DNA of 63,904 nt, filler included, from Octopus bimaculoides (lineage: Eukaryota): NCBI RefSeq assembly GCF_001194135.2. It is 4 parts of 4 records of this genome, joined end to end, with 100 filler letters (N's around TTAATTAATTAA, not from the genome) between each part and the next. Parts side by side here need not be neighbours in the genome. Positions count along the whole stretch, not along the records: positions 16,486 to 44,459 come from NC_068987.1; positions 44,560 to 62,183 come from NC_069003.1; 2 more parts are not named here. One strand, written 5' to 3'. A model generated the notes under the pieces. That model searched no databases, had not been told where the DNA came from, and was given only the letters and a program-made list of their open reading frames with translations. Shown one piece after another: positions 37,324-50,546 of this stretch. Within the stretch, counting starts at the first letter, position 1, and each line of letters begins with the position of its first letter. Position numbers and translations under genes: made by a program.

Positions 37324-37646
37324 GCTTTACATAATTTTGTATAAACGGAGCTGAGTTCATACGCTAGTCAGCATTTTTCCTTTTAAAGACCGCAAGTCGT
37401 TAGAGGATGTAAAGATATATAAATATAGGAACATAAATGTAGATATATACGCGTGGTCATTTGACCGGGACCTACAGAAGGTAAATATTCGCTTTAAGTG
37501 TAGAGGTGTATTTTTCCAATGAGTGAATGAGTGTATAAATGTTTCCATATTCAATTTATTAGATATTCCTATTCATCAATAAAAAATAAGTTTTTTATTC
37601 CGTTATATATGTATATAAGTGTGTGTGTTCTTCTGTGTGTGTGTTC

Positions 37647-37685
<39 letters not shown>

Positions 37686-37772
37686 TGTGTGTGTGTGTGA
37701 GTGTGTACTTGATAAAGGAAACGGAAGATGGATTTAGTACGAATATTTATTCTGCGCGACGATCGTTTGGAT

Positions 37773-37921
37773 CCATCCTGCATCTGTCCCAAAGAAGTAC
37801 AATATCGTGCATCTGATTGCTTGCATCGATCATTAATGGCTTTGTCAATTCAGCCTGCACTGTTAGATGCAACGCAACAAGATGCACAAAATTGTACTCC
37901 TATGGGACAGATGCTCGATGG
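37773..37921. repeat. long imperfect inverted repeat (55/56-nt arms, 38-nt spacer)
   Basis: 37773-37827 versus the reverse complement of 37866-37921: 47 of 56 aligned positions match. Confidence 0.85.
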
Positions 37922-38532
37922 TTGAAAAATCATTGTGCTGAATTAAAATTCGATCTAAATCCGTATTCGTTTCCTTTATCAATTATAATCTCAACATACA
38001 CTGCGGATTTCTTGACGTAGATGCACTGAAAAGTATATCGTTACTATGGATGACATCAGGTAGATAAAACGGTGGCTTTGGTTTAATCGAAAAACTGGTA
38101 GACATGTACCCAAGTTCAAATACTTATATATAAATCTAAATATATTTATACACCCAAACGCGCGCGTGCAATACACACGTATGTACACACACACATACAC
38201 ACACACGCACACACACACATACATGTGTGCGTTTGTATTTATACATGTATTTATGTATATAATCCTGAAAGTGAACGGCTTCTGTCAGAGGCCTGCGAAT
38301 GGCGCACAGAAACAAATCAAACTGCTTTATATAATATATGTACACATATCAATATGTAAATATATACATATATGTATATATGTATCTATGTTCGCACATG
38401 TACACACACAGATATATATATATATATATATATACACACNNNNNNNNNNNNNNNNNNNNNNNNNNNNNNNNNNNNNNNNNNNNNNNNNNNNNNNNNNNNN
38501 NNNNNNNNNNNNNNNNNNNNNNNNNNNNNNNN

Positions 38533-38574
<42 letters not shown>

Positions 38575-38804
38575 TTTATACTCTACGTTCCACATTATTA
38601 GACAAACCAACCTCCTCTCAATAAATAAATGTATATTCATTCAAAACCAGTCCTTTTCCCGCTGACTGTTTAGAACCACCTCTCTGAGCATATTCTTTTA
38701 AAATTAATCGGTTCTGCGCAGACGAAAACAAACGGCGGCCATTATCATGTAGTAGGAACATTTCTGCTGTCCCAATTTATTTGGCAGCTGTCCAATTTAA
38801 GTGG

Positions 38805-39578
38805 CATATTCAGTTCATTGGCAGAAAGGTTAACATCATACATGAAGAATTCCACCCACTTCACAGAATTGATCAAGAACACCCCATTGAATCCAACCAG
38901 ATGGTGAGTATAGATGTGATAAGCCTCTTCACCAAAGTCCCAACTGGTGAAGCACTATTGGTGATACAAGAAACACTAGTGACAGACACCCATCTAAAAG
39001 AACGCACCAGTATATCAATAAGAAACTTGATGGAAATGTTGACCTTCTGTGTAGAAACTACCTACATCTGCATGGACACTGATATATATCGAAAACAGGA
39101 GGGTTTAGCTATGTGTTCGCCATTATCACCGGTAATAGCTAAAATATACATGGAATACTTTGAGAATTTGGCTTTAGGATCAACACCACTGAAACAATCA
39201 CTTTGGCTACGATATGTTGATGACACCTTTATACGCTGGCCCCAGCAGGAAGATGTCCTAGTGTTGTTAGATCATGCGAACTCAATAAAACCATCTATAC
39301 AGTTCACAATGGAAAAGGGAAAAGGCAATCAGCTGGCATTCCTGGACGTATTAATAACACGCACCAAGTATGGATTCAGCACATGGGAAAACGGAGTCCA
39401 CCTCCCTCGGTTGGATGAAGTTAAAATAATAGACAGAGAACACCACTGGAAAATACGAAAACCAAATGAGGCAGTACATATGCTAGGACACAACAACCTC
39501 CTAAGCAGACCGAGTGCAGATATGAACAGCATATGGGAACCGGTATTAAGGAAGAATGGAAGAATATTAGATTTATAA
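38805..39578 (+). mobile_element. Penelope-like element RT fused in-frame to the GIY-YIG tail (Penelope/Poseidon-like)
   Basis: MVSIDVISLFTKVP; QEGLAMCSPLSP; WLRYVDDTF; SIQFTMEK...LAFLDV; abrupt jump near 39384 to ...IIDREHHWKIRK..EAVH; frameshifted at the 5-prime end. Confidence 0.9.
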
Positions 39579-39608
39579 GCCCTAAAATACCCTCCATAAT
39601 TGCCCACG

Positions 39609-39853
39609 AGCATATGGCGTAGTGGTTAAGAAAGCGGGCTACTAACCCCACGATTCCGAGTTCGATTCCAAGCAGAACAATAATAATAATGATAATAATA
39701 ATAACAACAACATCGAAAAATACATTAGGAATGAGAACCCAGGTTCGAAACTTCCCCAAGACACCTGAAGAAGGCTGGAGGGTATATCAGAAGAAACGTG
39801 TTAACAACGAGCAAGATGAGGACAAATATCCGTCGAATGTAAATAATGTAAAT
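39609..39853 (+). mobile_element. tRNA-headed, (AAT)n, hammerhead-bearing unit (copy 2), directly after the PLE ORF
   Basis: TGGCGTAGTGGTTAAG (A-box), GTTCGATTCC (B-box), (AAT)n, GACAC-CTGAAGA-A-GGCTG...CAGAA-GAA-ACGT-GTT. Confidence 0.8.
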
Positions 39854-40139
39854 GGTGAAAATGTTGCCCAATTACAAAAATGTCCGCCATTTATTGGCAG
39901 ACCCGGTTTATTTTAACAGAATGTGCGCAGATAGGTGTTGTCACCTGTCAGTGCGAAAAAAACTAGCTTTGAACGAATATTGGGAACGAATATTGAGAGA
40001 TGTTTGATTTGCCTAATAATGTGGGACGCAGTGTATTTTATCACTAACTGGTTAAAGATGAAATACATTCGACTAGTAGCATTCTGAGGCACAACCTTGA
40101 GGAATATTTTGGAATGAATCGGTCTAGTATATATATTTT

Positions 40140-40245
40140 TCAAGCCTGGTACTTATTTGATTGATTTCTGTTCCGTACCTCCAAGTTACAGGGATATAAA
40201 TATATCGACACCGGTTGTCTGGCGGTAGTGCGGGAGAAACACTCA
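40140..40245 (-). mobile_element. SINE family B fragment
   Basis: CCTGGTACTTATT...AAGTTACAGGGATATAAA...ACACCGGTTGTC..GCGGT, followed by (CA)n. Confidence 0.65.
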
Positions 40246-40246
40246 A

Positions 40247-40295
<49 letters not shown>

Positions 40296-40965
40296 CACAC
40301 ACACNNNNNNNNNNNNNNNNNNNNNNNNNNNNNNNNNNNNNNNNNNNNNNNNNNNNNNNNNNNNNNNNNNNNNNNNNNNNNNNNNNNNNNNNNNNNNNNN
40401 NNNNNNNNNNNNNNNNNNNNNNNNNNNNNNNNNNNNNNNNNNNNNNNNNNNNNNNNNNNNNNNNNNNNNNNNNNNNNNNNNNNNNNNNNNNNNNNNNNNN
40501 NNNNNNNNNNNNNNNNNNNNNNNNNNNNNNNNNNNNNNNNNNNNNNNNNNNNNNNNNNNNNNNNNNNNNNNNNNNNNNNNNNNNNNNNNNNNNNNNNNNN
40601 NNNNNNNNNNNNNNNNNNNNNNNNNNNNNNNNNNNNNNNNNNNNNNNNNNNNNNNNNNNNNNNNNNNNNNNNNNNNNNNNNNNNNNNNNNNNNNNNNNNN
40701 NNNNNNNNNNNNNNNNNNNNNNNNNNNNNNNNNNNNNNNNNNNNNNNNNNNNNNNNNNNNNNNNNNNNNNNNNNNNNNNNNNNNNNNNNNNNNNNNNNNN
40801 NNNNNNNNNNNNNNNNNNNNNNNNNNNNNNNNNNNNNNNNNNNNNNNNNNNNNNNNNNNNNNNNNNNNNNNNNNNNNNNNNNNNNNNNNNNNNNNNNNNN
40901 NNNNNNNNNNNNNNNNNNNNNNNNNNNNNNNNNNNNNNNNNNNNNNNNNNNNNNNNNNNNNNNNN

Positions 40966-41006
<41 letters not shown>

Positions 41007-41504
41007 GAGAGAGAAAGAAAGAAAGAGAAAAAAACGAGATATACTGACAGCAGACACTCTCATCATTGTTCGCAGGGGTAACTTGGAGTATAAGCTCTTG
41101 TTCCTAAAACATACCGAACGCATTTCGATTTCCATTGACTGTGGAGTGACGTTTCCTATTCTTCTGTTTCCATGGAAAGATGTTTTATCCGGGAATATAT
41201 TGTTTTGCATTATTGTAATGACAATGAATTATTTTTCAAGAGTGATTTAGTAACATGACATACCGAAACACTTTCCAACGTACAAGCACTGAAGTGGCAA
41301 AATAATTAACATATGGTATATAGTTTCGTCCCTCGTTCAATTATCCTCCAGTTTCCCCCGACTCACATATATACCTACTACAGAGAGTAATTGCAAATAA
41401 AACGCTGGTAGCTTTTGGGTAGCTATGCTTCTTTCACACACTCTCTCTCTCTCTGTCTGTCTGTCTCGGAATGTATGCATATATGTGTGTGTGTGTGCGT
41501 ATAC

Positions 41505-41569
41505 ATATATACATACATACATACATACATACAAATATACATGCATACATACATGCATACATACATACA

Positions 41570-41600
<31 letters not shown>
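41505..41600. repeat. (CATA)n tetranucleotide repeat
   Basis: Direct inspection. Confidence 0.9.
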
Positions 41601-41603
<3 letters not shown>

Positions 41604-43733
41604 CAACTCGCAGCTTCCATTCTTTTAGGTTTCTATCTGGCTGCGAAATCTATATTCATGTGTAAATAGAAAATTGGAACACTGCCGGTAAACGATTTAG
41701 GAGAAGAAACGACTGCTCTAAGGGCTCACATTTTAACATGTTCTCTGATCAAATGCCATTGTGTATGTCTGTACCAGTCATGTTTATGTAGTTGCTCATA
41801 TAACTACCGATGTAACGCGCGTTTGATTAATTTGTCTAACTCTCTTCTACTTGTGATTAATCAAATAAAATCAATAAATGTCTGCTGAAGTTGAGAGTTG
41901 TTCTAATTTCTCAAGAAAAATTTCACAGGAATTGATTTATTTTTTAACATTTAAACAACAAATTAAAAGAAGAAAAAAATATACAAAAAATGTACCGCGC
42001 ATGGTGTACAACATAATGTATATCTCTACTGTGAATTACATTATCGCTTTCAGTCTCAATATTATGCAGGATATGAATGAAACATCGAGAACACCTAGTG
42101 CCTTATTTACTATATGCCAAGCAATGCATATCCTAAAGTCCTGGAGATTGTACTGCTTTGATATAAGAATGATTACATCGACAGGCATCCAGCGCAAAGC
42201 CAATTAAGTGCTTTACGACATCATTTCTGCGTTTCTTAAAAAGTTTCTTTCAGATGGTTTTCCATTGTTTAGCAGCTATATTCCAGTAACCCACAACTAG
42301 CGTGTTAATAACAGGTTGATTTTTTAGGCAAGTAAAAAGTGGGGGAAATTCGATTTTATAGGCAAAATATAAAAATTACAAAAGTGTATATTAATCTGAA
42401 ATATTGTTGGCTGTATGTAAGAATAAATTTGATAAATACATGAAATTATTAAACGGAATTTCAGTGATGAATGTGAATATTAAAGCGAAATTGCCAAAGG
42501 AAAAGAATATAAAAGAGAGGAAAAAACACAGGCAATTGGCAAAGAAAAACAGATAGGAAGAAAAAGGAAAATAGATTATACGACGTAGAGAATTAATATA
42601 TAGAAGAAGCAGATACACTGCGTACATTTCTCATGAAATTTAATCTAATTTTTCTGTGTAGATTTACATCTTGATAAACATGCAAAATCGATTCACGTCT
42701 ACTGAAGTGCACCGGAAAATAAACTCATAAGATTGTATTATTTATTATATATTTATTTAATATTTTTAAATAAAGCTGTAAAATATATTATGAGAAGTCT
42801 AATTTCACGTGCAAATACTTCCACAGAAATCCCAAATTTGTGTTATGTATATAGGTTCATATAACTCATACTAGACACAAATGCCATCATACAAAAAATT
42901 ATAATTAAATATGTATGTATGTATATATGTATGTATGTATGTATTTACATATATGTATGTATGTGTAATTGTGTGAAGATAACTGCGTAGTATGGGTCTG
43001 AAACTATAAGTATATTTGTGCCTGAGTGACATGCATTTATAAATGTCACATAGCTTTTCTTTGAAGTAGGTAGTGAGAAAGATAGTTTTATATTTTCGGT
43101 ACCGATATTATTCAATCTGTTTCGGGTTTATGCAATTCACACCAATGTTCGTTATTAATATCCCTGTTCAAACTTGTACACTCTTTCCATACACGTATAC
43201 TTACGTCAGCGATGTTCAAAACTTTTAGGCCATGGATTGTTTGACAAATAATTGTCTTGGTCTGGATGAGTGGCACTTGATTTTAATGGATATTAAGCAA
43301 TGCAGTTTTACCTTTACTTCATTCTTCAGCAAAATATGTAATACTTCCGCAATTTTCATTTATTGCATTTCTTTAATAATATATCTTTATTTTTAAAGTT
43401 ACTTTTTTAAATATTGCCTACACATATTCCAAAATAGTAAAAGAATCTTATAGAAAATAACATTCAAAAACACAATATGAAAATATATATTCACCTTACC
43501 TGAAAATTATTTTGCCATTGTAATTTCTGTAAAAAGGAATGGTTTGATCCAACAACAGAAAACATCAATTCCGATCTTAAGTGGGCCTATTTTCCTTCAA
43601 CTCTCCCTTACTGCAATTGTGTTATTGTTTTAGAATACTTTTACATGCATATGTACATACATTTATACATACATGTATGCATGCATATATATATATATAT
43701 ATACATATGTGTGTGTGTGTATGTGTGTGTGTG

Positions 43734-43765
<32 letters not shown>

Positions 43766-44459
43766 CGTGTGTGTGTATACAAGTTCAAACAAGGCAGCAA
43801 TTGTATTTAATTTGCTTATATTTTCTTATAGTCAGTCAATGTTTAAACGTATACTTTAGTGGTACACTCTCAATACACTAGATTACTGCAACTTACATGT
43901 TCAGCGTATATTTATTTATTTTCAAATAGTTTTTTTTCCTTTTCAAGTAAAATTGTAGAAACTTCTCCGATACTTTAGCTATAGACGTTTCTATCGAAGG
44001 AGTTCCATGAAAATATCCGCTCCGATTCCAGTTGGCAATGGGTCAGCCATCACTTTGATTTCGTTCATATATATATATACATAAAATATGTATCTAGACT
44101 TTTATATATACTACATATGTCTCCATTAACCTACTTTCGAGATGGGTTGTCTCATGCTTTAGAGTACTACATTTTCTAGATAATCTAAAAAATATTTTTA
44201 ACCGAAATTGAATTAGCTCAATTGAGGCTTCTATCTATATCCACTATTATTTGCTTTTTTGGCCTCATGGCTTTTAATGTTTATACATTTCCAATTTTTA
44301 AAATTTTAATGCATATTTTTCTAGTAATTTGTGGGAAGCGTTAATTTATGTAACTACATATAACAATAAAAGAGAAAATATAAACACATAAAACACAAAG
44401 AAAAACATATAGACCTCACAAATTAACAGACGTACACACATGCAGAAACAACCGAAGGA

Positions 44460-44559
44460 NNNNNNNNNNNNNNNNNNNNNNNNNNNNNNNNNNNNNNNNN
44501 NNNTTAATTAATTAANNNNNNNNNNNNNNNNNNNNNNNNNNNNNNNNNNNNNNNNNNNN
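44460..44559. other. artificial scaffold gap with six-frame-stop linker
   Basis: 44 N + TTAATTAATTAA (44504-44515) + 44 N. Confidence 0.95.
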
Positions 44560-45348
44560 CTTACGTCGTGGAGTTGGTTAAAATCTTACAGACAGAAGGA
44601 AGTTAATTTAAACTATGTTTCCGTTGGATTTATTATCAACCTCTGTTCCCCAAAAGTGTAGATCTGCAGATCTGCGAAGGGAGACTGACGAAGCTTTGTC
44701 TATTAATTGATGATTTCAGGCCGAAATTTGACTTAAACCAAACTCTCATCCTGTCACTCACCTGCCACTCTTTGAATACGCCACATTAGTTAATGCACGT
44801 AGATTGATAGAAAATACAGTTTGTCTGGAAAGATGAGATGATCGTGGCGGAGAATGAGTTGGGTCATACGTCTGCAGGATCGAGGATGTGCAAGATCTAA
44901 GCAACTGTACAACAACAACAACAACAACAGAAGCAACAAGTACAACGACAAAAGATTTCGTATCTCTAATTTTATGGTGTTAAGTAGTGATCGTGTAATA
45001 TAAAAAGAAATATTTATAAGGCGAGAGAGAGAAGGATTATGTTTCGACAAGATTTTCTATTAACTTGTAAAGACTGTAGTTTTAAAAGAATGTTACATAA
45101 TGTTTACACATGTTTCACTAGCGTATAATGGTAAACCTTGCGATAATTGTTACATAACCGATTGCTTAATCAATTTACTGCGCTAAATGTTCAGAAGAAA
45201 AAGTAATTTAACCCCTTTTTGATTCTCAACATCAGTTGATAGGCAGGGCCACGCTGACAATTACCTGTAATCTTCGGTGGATTCTTAATTTATACCCAGC
45301 CGCTAAGGAAGGAGTTTTATAAATTTTAATTCATCGGTGACACGAAGG

Positions 45349-45384
<36 letters not shown>

Positions 45385-45477
45385 AGTAGAAGGAAAGAGA
45401 TAGGGAGGGGGAGAGGAAGATAGAGAGAGTTTGAGAGTCGGAGAAAAAAAATTCTTGGAGTACTTGTTTCGGGTCTC

Positions 45478-45625
45478 AGTTGTTGGTACTTATTTTATCG
45501 ACCCCGAAAGGCTGAAAGGGAAAGTAGCCTCGGAGGAATTTGAACGCAAAACGTAAAGACAGGCGAAATGCTGCCAAGCATGTTACCCCACGTGATAACG
45601 ATTTCGGCATTTCCTCGCTGCCAAT
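45478..45625 (-). mobile_element. SINE family A
   Basis: GGTACTTATTTTATCGACCCCGAAAGGCTGAAAGG...GGAATTTGAAC...CTCGCTGCC. Confidence 0.85.
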
Positions 45626-46684
45626 AACCACGGATAAAATAACTACGAAACATGCAAGTGCAAAGAGGGAAACAAAATAGAAGAAATAAACCGCACATGG
45701 CGCGCAAACACACAGACACCTGCGCGCGCACACACAGCAATACACACATGCTACCATACATACGCACACAGACGTCAACGCACAAACACACTGAGGAGCC
45801 ATACACAAACATACCTGCGCATTTATACATGTATTCACACTGATACAACCACACATACAGTTACTCAGTTAAAACACAGATGCTTGCAAAGGAATACAGG
45901 CGCTCACACATAGACACAAATGCAGCAGGAAAAGTTAATGATATAAAAAAAGACAAAAAAAAAAACATGCAGATCGTATTAAAAAAAAAAAGTTGCAGCA
46001 AGAAAAAACGAAGGGAAAAAATGTACCAAAATTAGAAGTTGAAAAATAAAAGTAATATAAAACCAATATTCAATAAAATGTATAAAGTTCAGTGGAATGA
46101 TGCTCCGATATAAAATCGAAACCTCTAAGACGAGATGATGATTGGATTCCGAACATGGCAAAGGTGTAAAATAGCCAACGTTTGATGTCTTGTAGTTATT
46201 GGAGAAAGAAAGAAAGAAACGGGGAAAAAAGGAAACAAAAAAACCCCAAATGAAAGAAGCAGTATATAGCAGATTAACGTCAAAATATATAAACCGAGTG
46301 AAATTGTAGCGCTGATATATATATATATATATATGTACAGGTGCGTATAGTGTGTGTGTGTGTGTGTGTAAATGTGTGTCTGTGGGTGTGCACGCCCATA
46401 TATTTACGTATATGTGCGCGGTGAGTGCTTTGAAGTACAAACGATTCCATTTAACAGCATTCTCTATAGTCTCTACTTATTCTAATATAAGAATGTGACG
46501 CTCAGATTATGCCCTAATGATGAGGTCAAATATGGCCGGAACATGCTCAGTTTTGTCGCCCTACTTTATCATAAACCTGTCTAACTTCTTACCGTATTGT
46601 GTTTTTAATGAATATAATTAAAATTAAAATTAATTACATTAAAAAGCCGGACAAAATGCTTAACAATATTCCGTCTGGACGTCC

Positions 46685-46950
46685 TCAGTTCAAGGGCTGC
46701 TGCGGTTGATTTGCATTCCTTCCTTTCGGGGTCGATAAAATACGTTGCAGTTTAACATTGAGATCGACAAAATCAATTCCCCCTCCCCTGAAATTACTGG
46801 CCCTGTGTAAAAGTTTGCAGCCAGGTCTTTGAGCTGGCAGAATCGTTTGCACGCCGGACAAAACGCTTAGCGGCATTTCGTCCGCTTTTACGTCCCGAAT
46901 CTAAATTCCACTGAGGTCTCTTTGCCTTTATTCGTTTCGGATTCGATAAA
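46685..46950 (+). mobile_element. two SINE family A pieces (3-prime half, then 5-prime half)
   Basis: CCTTTCGGGGTCGATAAAATA...CTGGCCCTGTG (to about 46815), then GAGCTGGCAGAATCGTTTGCACGCCGG (from about 46831). Confidence 0.8.
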
Positions 46951-48039
46951 ATGTTTCATGCAGAGGGAGCCCCTAGGCAACTTGGCCTCGAGGTTTCCTT
47001 TTATCCTTCACTTAATGTCCCATTTATTTTTTTGTTTCAGATGTTGTGTAACCCAAAGTCTGTCCTGATTGAGCAGGTATTTGATGCAAGACATTCCATT
47101 CGTAACCATCTCGTCTGTTACATAAATGATTTGCTAGTGATTCCTTTTATTTTTATCTTCAGAGTGGGATTGGTATTTTACCAAAGTTGGTCATTGTTCA
47201 CAACCTATCAAACAATCACAAAGACAATCCTTGCGGTATTGATGAGGCAATGGTTCGCTGATAAGGTCTGATAAAACCGAAATAAGTTCCGAAGTATCTC
47301 TGTAATACCAAAGAACGAATCCATTGCGCCATTGCATACTATTTTTAATTACTTTTAATTAATTAAAATTCAGAGTTATCTGCCTCGATATCTTTGGCTT
47401 GCAGTAAGTTAAGTCATTGAAAATAATTCGCTTCCTTATTAGTATTGACGAGATTATAACTAATTGAGATTGTAGCTAATTGACACTTTTCGCGTCACTG
47501 TGTTTAATATGTTAGCACCTGCCTACCCTCCACCTCCCACCAACACACACACACACACACACACCCATAGTATACACCTTCGTAACCAGTGCTCAAATAA
47601 CCGGAACACTCAAGCAATCAGCATCACAAATTGACAAAGAAAATGTGTTGTTAATTAGAGTTAAGAGAATTTGTGCTAATTTGTGTTAATTAATTGTCAT
47701 TACAAGAAAGTCTCTCCTGCATCTAAAATGGATCTCTGCTTCCGTGAATATAATGTTTTGTTTCACTGCATTTACGCTTCCTGTATTTTATCTGGGAAAA
47801 TTCTTTACTTTAATTCAACTTTTATTCCTTCCTCTTTCGACTATATTCGAAATATTAATGGCAAAACTGGTGTNNNNNNNNNNNNNNNNNNNNNNNNNNN
47901 NNNNNNNNNNNNNNNNNNNNNNNNNNNNNNNNNNNNNNNNNNNNNNNNNNNNNNNNNNNNNNNNNNNNNNNNNNNNNNNNNNNNNNNNNNNNNNNNNATA
48001 TACTTTATTTTATTTAAAAGCAGCAGAAATATAACAAAT

Positions 48040-48083
48040 AAACCGTTACTCTGAGTTTCACGTTCCCGTTCATCGGACAGTTT
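48040..48083 (-). ncRNA. minimal type I hammerhead ribozyme motif (U4C core)
   Basis: AAACTGT-CCGATGA-ACG(GGAA)CGT-GAA-ACTC(A)GAGT-A-ACGGTTT; all three stems pair; GUA cleavage triplet. Confidence 0.75.
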
Positions 48084-48093
48084 TGCTTACTCC

Positions 48094-48140
<47 letters not shown>

Positions 48141-49363
48141 ATATGTATGCATGTTTGTTTGTATGTGTGAGTATGTATGCATGTGTATAGCTTATGTGTG
48201 TTTCGAAATATACTGTTTCAAATAAGAATTATTTTGTGTTCGCTCGAAAGATTATAAATTTATGACGATAACGCGCCTATCTATCTATCTATCTAATCTA
48301 TCTATCTATCTATCTTGTCTATCTTGTCTATCTATCTTATCTTTCTATCCATATCAGCTAAGGCGCAGTTGATGCCAATTTTATTGCTTGGCATATAATT
48401 TCAAAAAGCATTAAGAACATCGAATATGTGCATTTTCCCATTTCATTCCATATAAAACCGTCTTCCACACTTCGCAGGAAATTTCTGTTGAGGAATATGA
48501 CAGAAATATGAATGAAACCGAAGATACTGCGAAATGGATATGAGAATGTGAAAAAGACGGGTCATGCTGGCGTCTACGGCAATTGGAATTGTAAACGTGG
48601 GATCTGTGAGATCCCACATGTTTAGGATAACACAAGGACATAAATAAGGGGAAAATAGATACTAAGAGGTGAATACGAGAAAAGGGGAGGGAACACGATG
48701 TGGTAGAGCAAAAGTACCTTAGTAAAAAGGAGGAGATAGGGGTCGAAAAAGAAAGAGAAATATAGGAATAAAAAAGAAAAATAATGAAGTGGCCATTCTG
48801 TCGGTTTGAGAATTTGTACTGTGAAAAAAGGGAGTTCAAAAGGGAATCAGTTAAAACCAAAGTAAGAATGGCAAATGAAATAGCCCCTTTCTGCGCAGAA
48901 GAGGTAGCGCAGAGTTCTGTTTTTCAGCTGATACAGAGGAAGTGTCCAAAAGTGTAGTTAAGAATGAGTCTGATGCCGCTAGAAAACTAAAATATGAAGA
49001 GACATAAACATGTAAATATACTAGGATGGACAAAAGAAAAAAGAAAATCAATTACATAACAGTAAATAAATGTATACATAAAATCTGAAATAGATAAAAA
49101 GCAAGTGAAAGACTGTCAGATTCATATAGAAGCTTATGAATATTTAAGTCGATTAGGGAATGCAGGATCTATGGCATAAAAGAGAATGTCTTGACGGAAA
49201 AATGATATTATTTCACACTGTTTGTTAAGAAGATACAAAATCTCACGTCATATCTGAGGACATTCGCTGCAGCTGCACAAATTCACGCAGTTTGCGCCAT
49301 ACTTAGCATCATTGAAACAGCTGCAATGTTTTTATGCGCATTTTGTAAGTTGGATATGTATAT

Positions 49364-49724
49364 TTAACAGCACTCCGTCGCATACGACGTCGAGAGTTCC
49401 AGTTGATCCGACCAACGGAACCGCCTGCTCGTGAAATTAACGTGCAAGTGGCTGAGCACTCCACAGACACGTGTACCCTTAACGTAGTTCTTGGGGATAT
49501 TCAGCGTGACACAGTGTGACAAGGCTGACCCTTTGAATTACAGGCACAACAGAAACAGGCAGTAAGAGTGAGAGACAGTTGTGGTGAACGAGTACAGCAG
49601 GGTTCGCCACCATCCCCTGCCGGAGCCTCGTGGAGCTTTAGGTGTTTTCGCTCAATACACACTCACAACACCCGGTCTGGGAATCGAAACCGCGATCCTA
49701 TGACCGCGAGTCCGCTACCCTAAC
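49364..49724 (-). mobile_element. octopus tRNA-derived SINE, family C
   Basis: Minus strand begins GTTAGGGTAGCGGACTCGCGGTCATAGGATCGCGGTTTCGATTCCCAGACCGGG (tRNA-like, B-box); GC-rich body; the 5-prime end runs into an N-gap. Confidence 0.85.
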
Positions 49725-49990
49725 NNNNNNNNNNNNNNNNNNNNNNNNNNNNNNNNNNNNNNNNNNNNNNNNNNNNNNNNNNNNNNNNNNNNNNNNNNNN
49801 NNNNNNNTCCACTCCACCATCATCAATATTTCGAAAAGTGGTACGCAGCAAAATATTGGTGTTACGTGCAATGACGAACAGGCAAAAACGGTTGATTTAG
49901 AAGATCATTATAACTTTACTACGTCTTGGAAAGCCTAAGTGGTATCTACGTTGCTTGTTGCTTGCGCAAGATTACAAAGTAAGCGTTTCG

Positions 49991-50036
<46 letters not shown>

Positions 50037-50500
50037 ATGCACCTATCTATCTATCCATCCACATACATACAGACATAAATATATAAACGCACGCATAGAG
50101 GCACACTAAATCGATAGAGGCATATATAGGTAGACTGATATATTGAGGGTTAGAAAGATATTTTCTCTCCCGACTATTATAATTGCAAATGGCGGATGTG
50201 GCAGGGGAATTAACCGCGATAGCCTATGGAAACTATTAAATGGAGATTTTGCTTCAAACAGTCTCTTTGATCTGTAAGATGTAATGAGAATTTTATCTGC
50301 CTTGCCCGCTTCTCTAAGACCAGCATTTCAATTCAACCCTTTCACAACTGAGATTCTGCAGTGCTCATATATATATATATATATATATACATGCATGCAT
50401 GTTGGAGAGAGATGTAATATGCATGTAGACGTGTATAAACGTATATTTATACATATATAATACATACATAGATATATACATACATGCATACACACAAATA

Positions 50501-50546
<46 letters not shown>

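Noticed and set aside
43498-44060. Micro-exon candidates (27-nt minus-strand exon near 43498-43524; MADPLPTGIGADIFMELLR near 43990-44060)
   Set aside because: Too short to distinguish from chance, with no compatible partner exons or recognisable domain.
46505-46552. Hammerhead-like CTAATGATGA-GGTC(6 nt)GGCC-GGA-ACATG
   Set aside because: Stem II is plausible, but the core and GAA are both mutated and no stem I pairs; at most a dead relic.
48597-48617. GTGGGATCT-GTG-AGATCCCAC hairpin
   Set aside because: A single 9-bp stem is expected by chance in 64 kb and has no supporting context.
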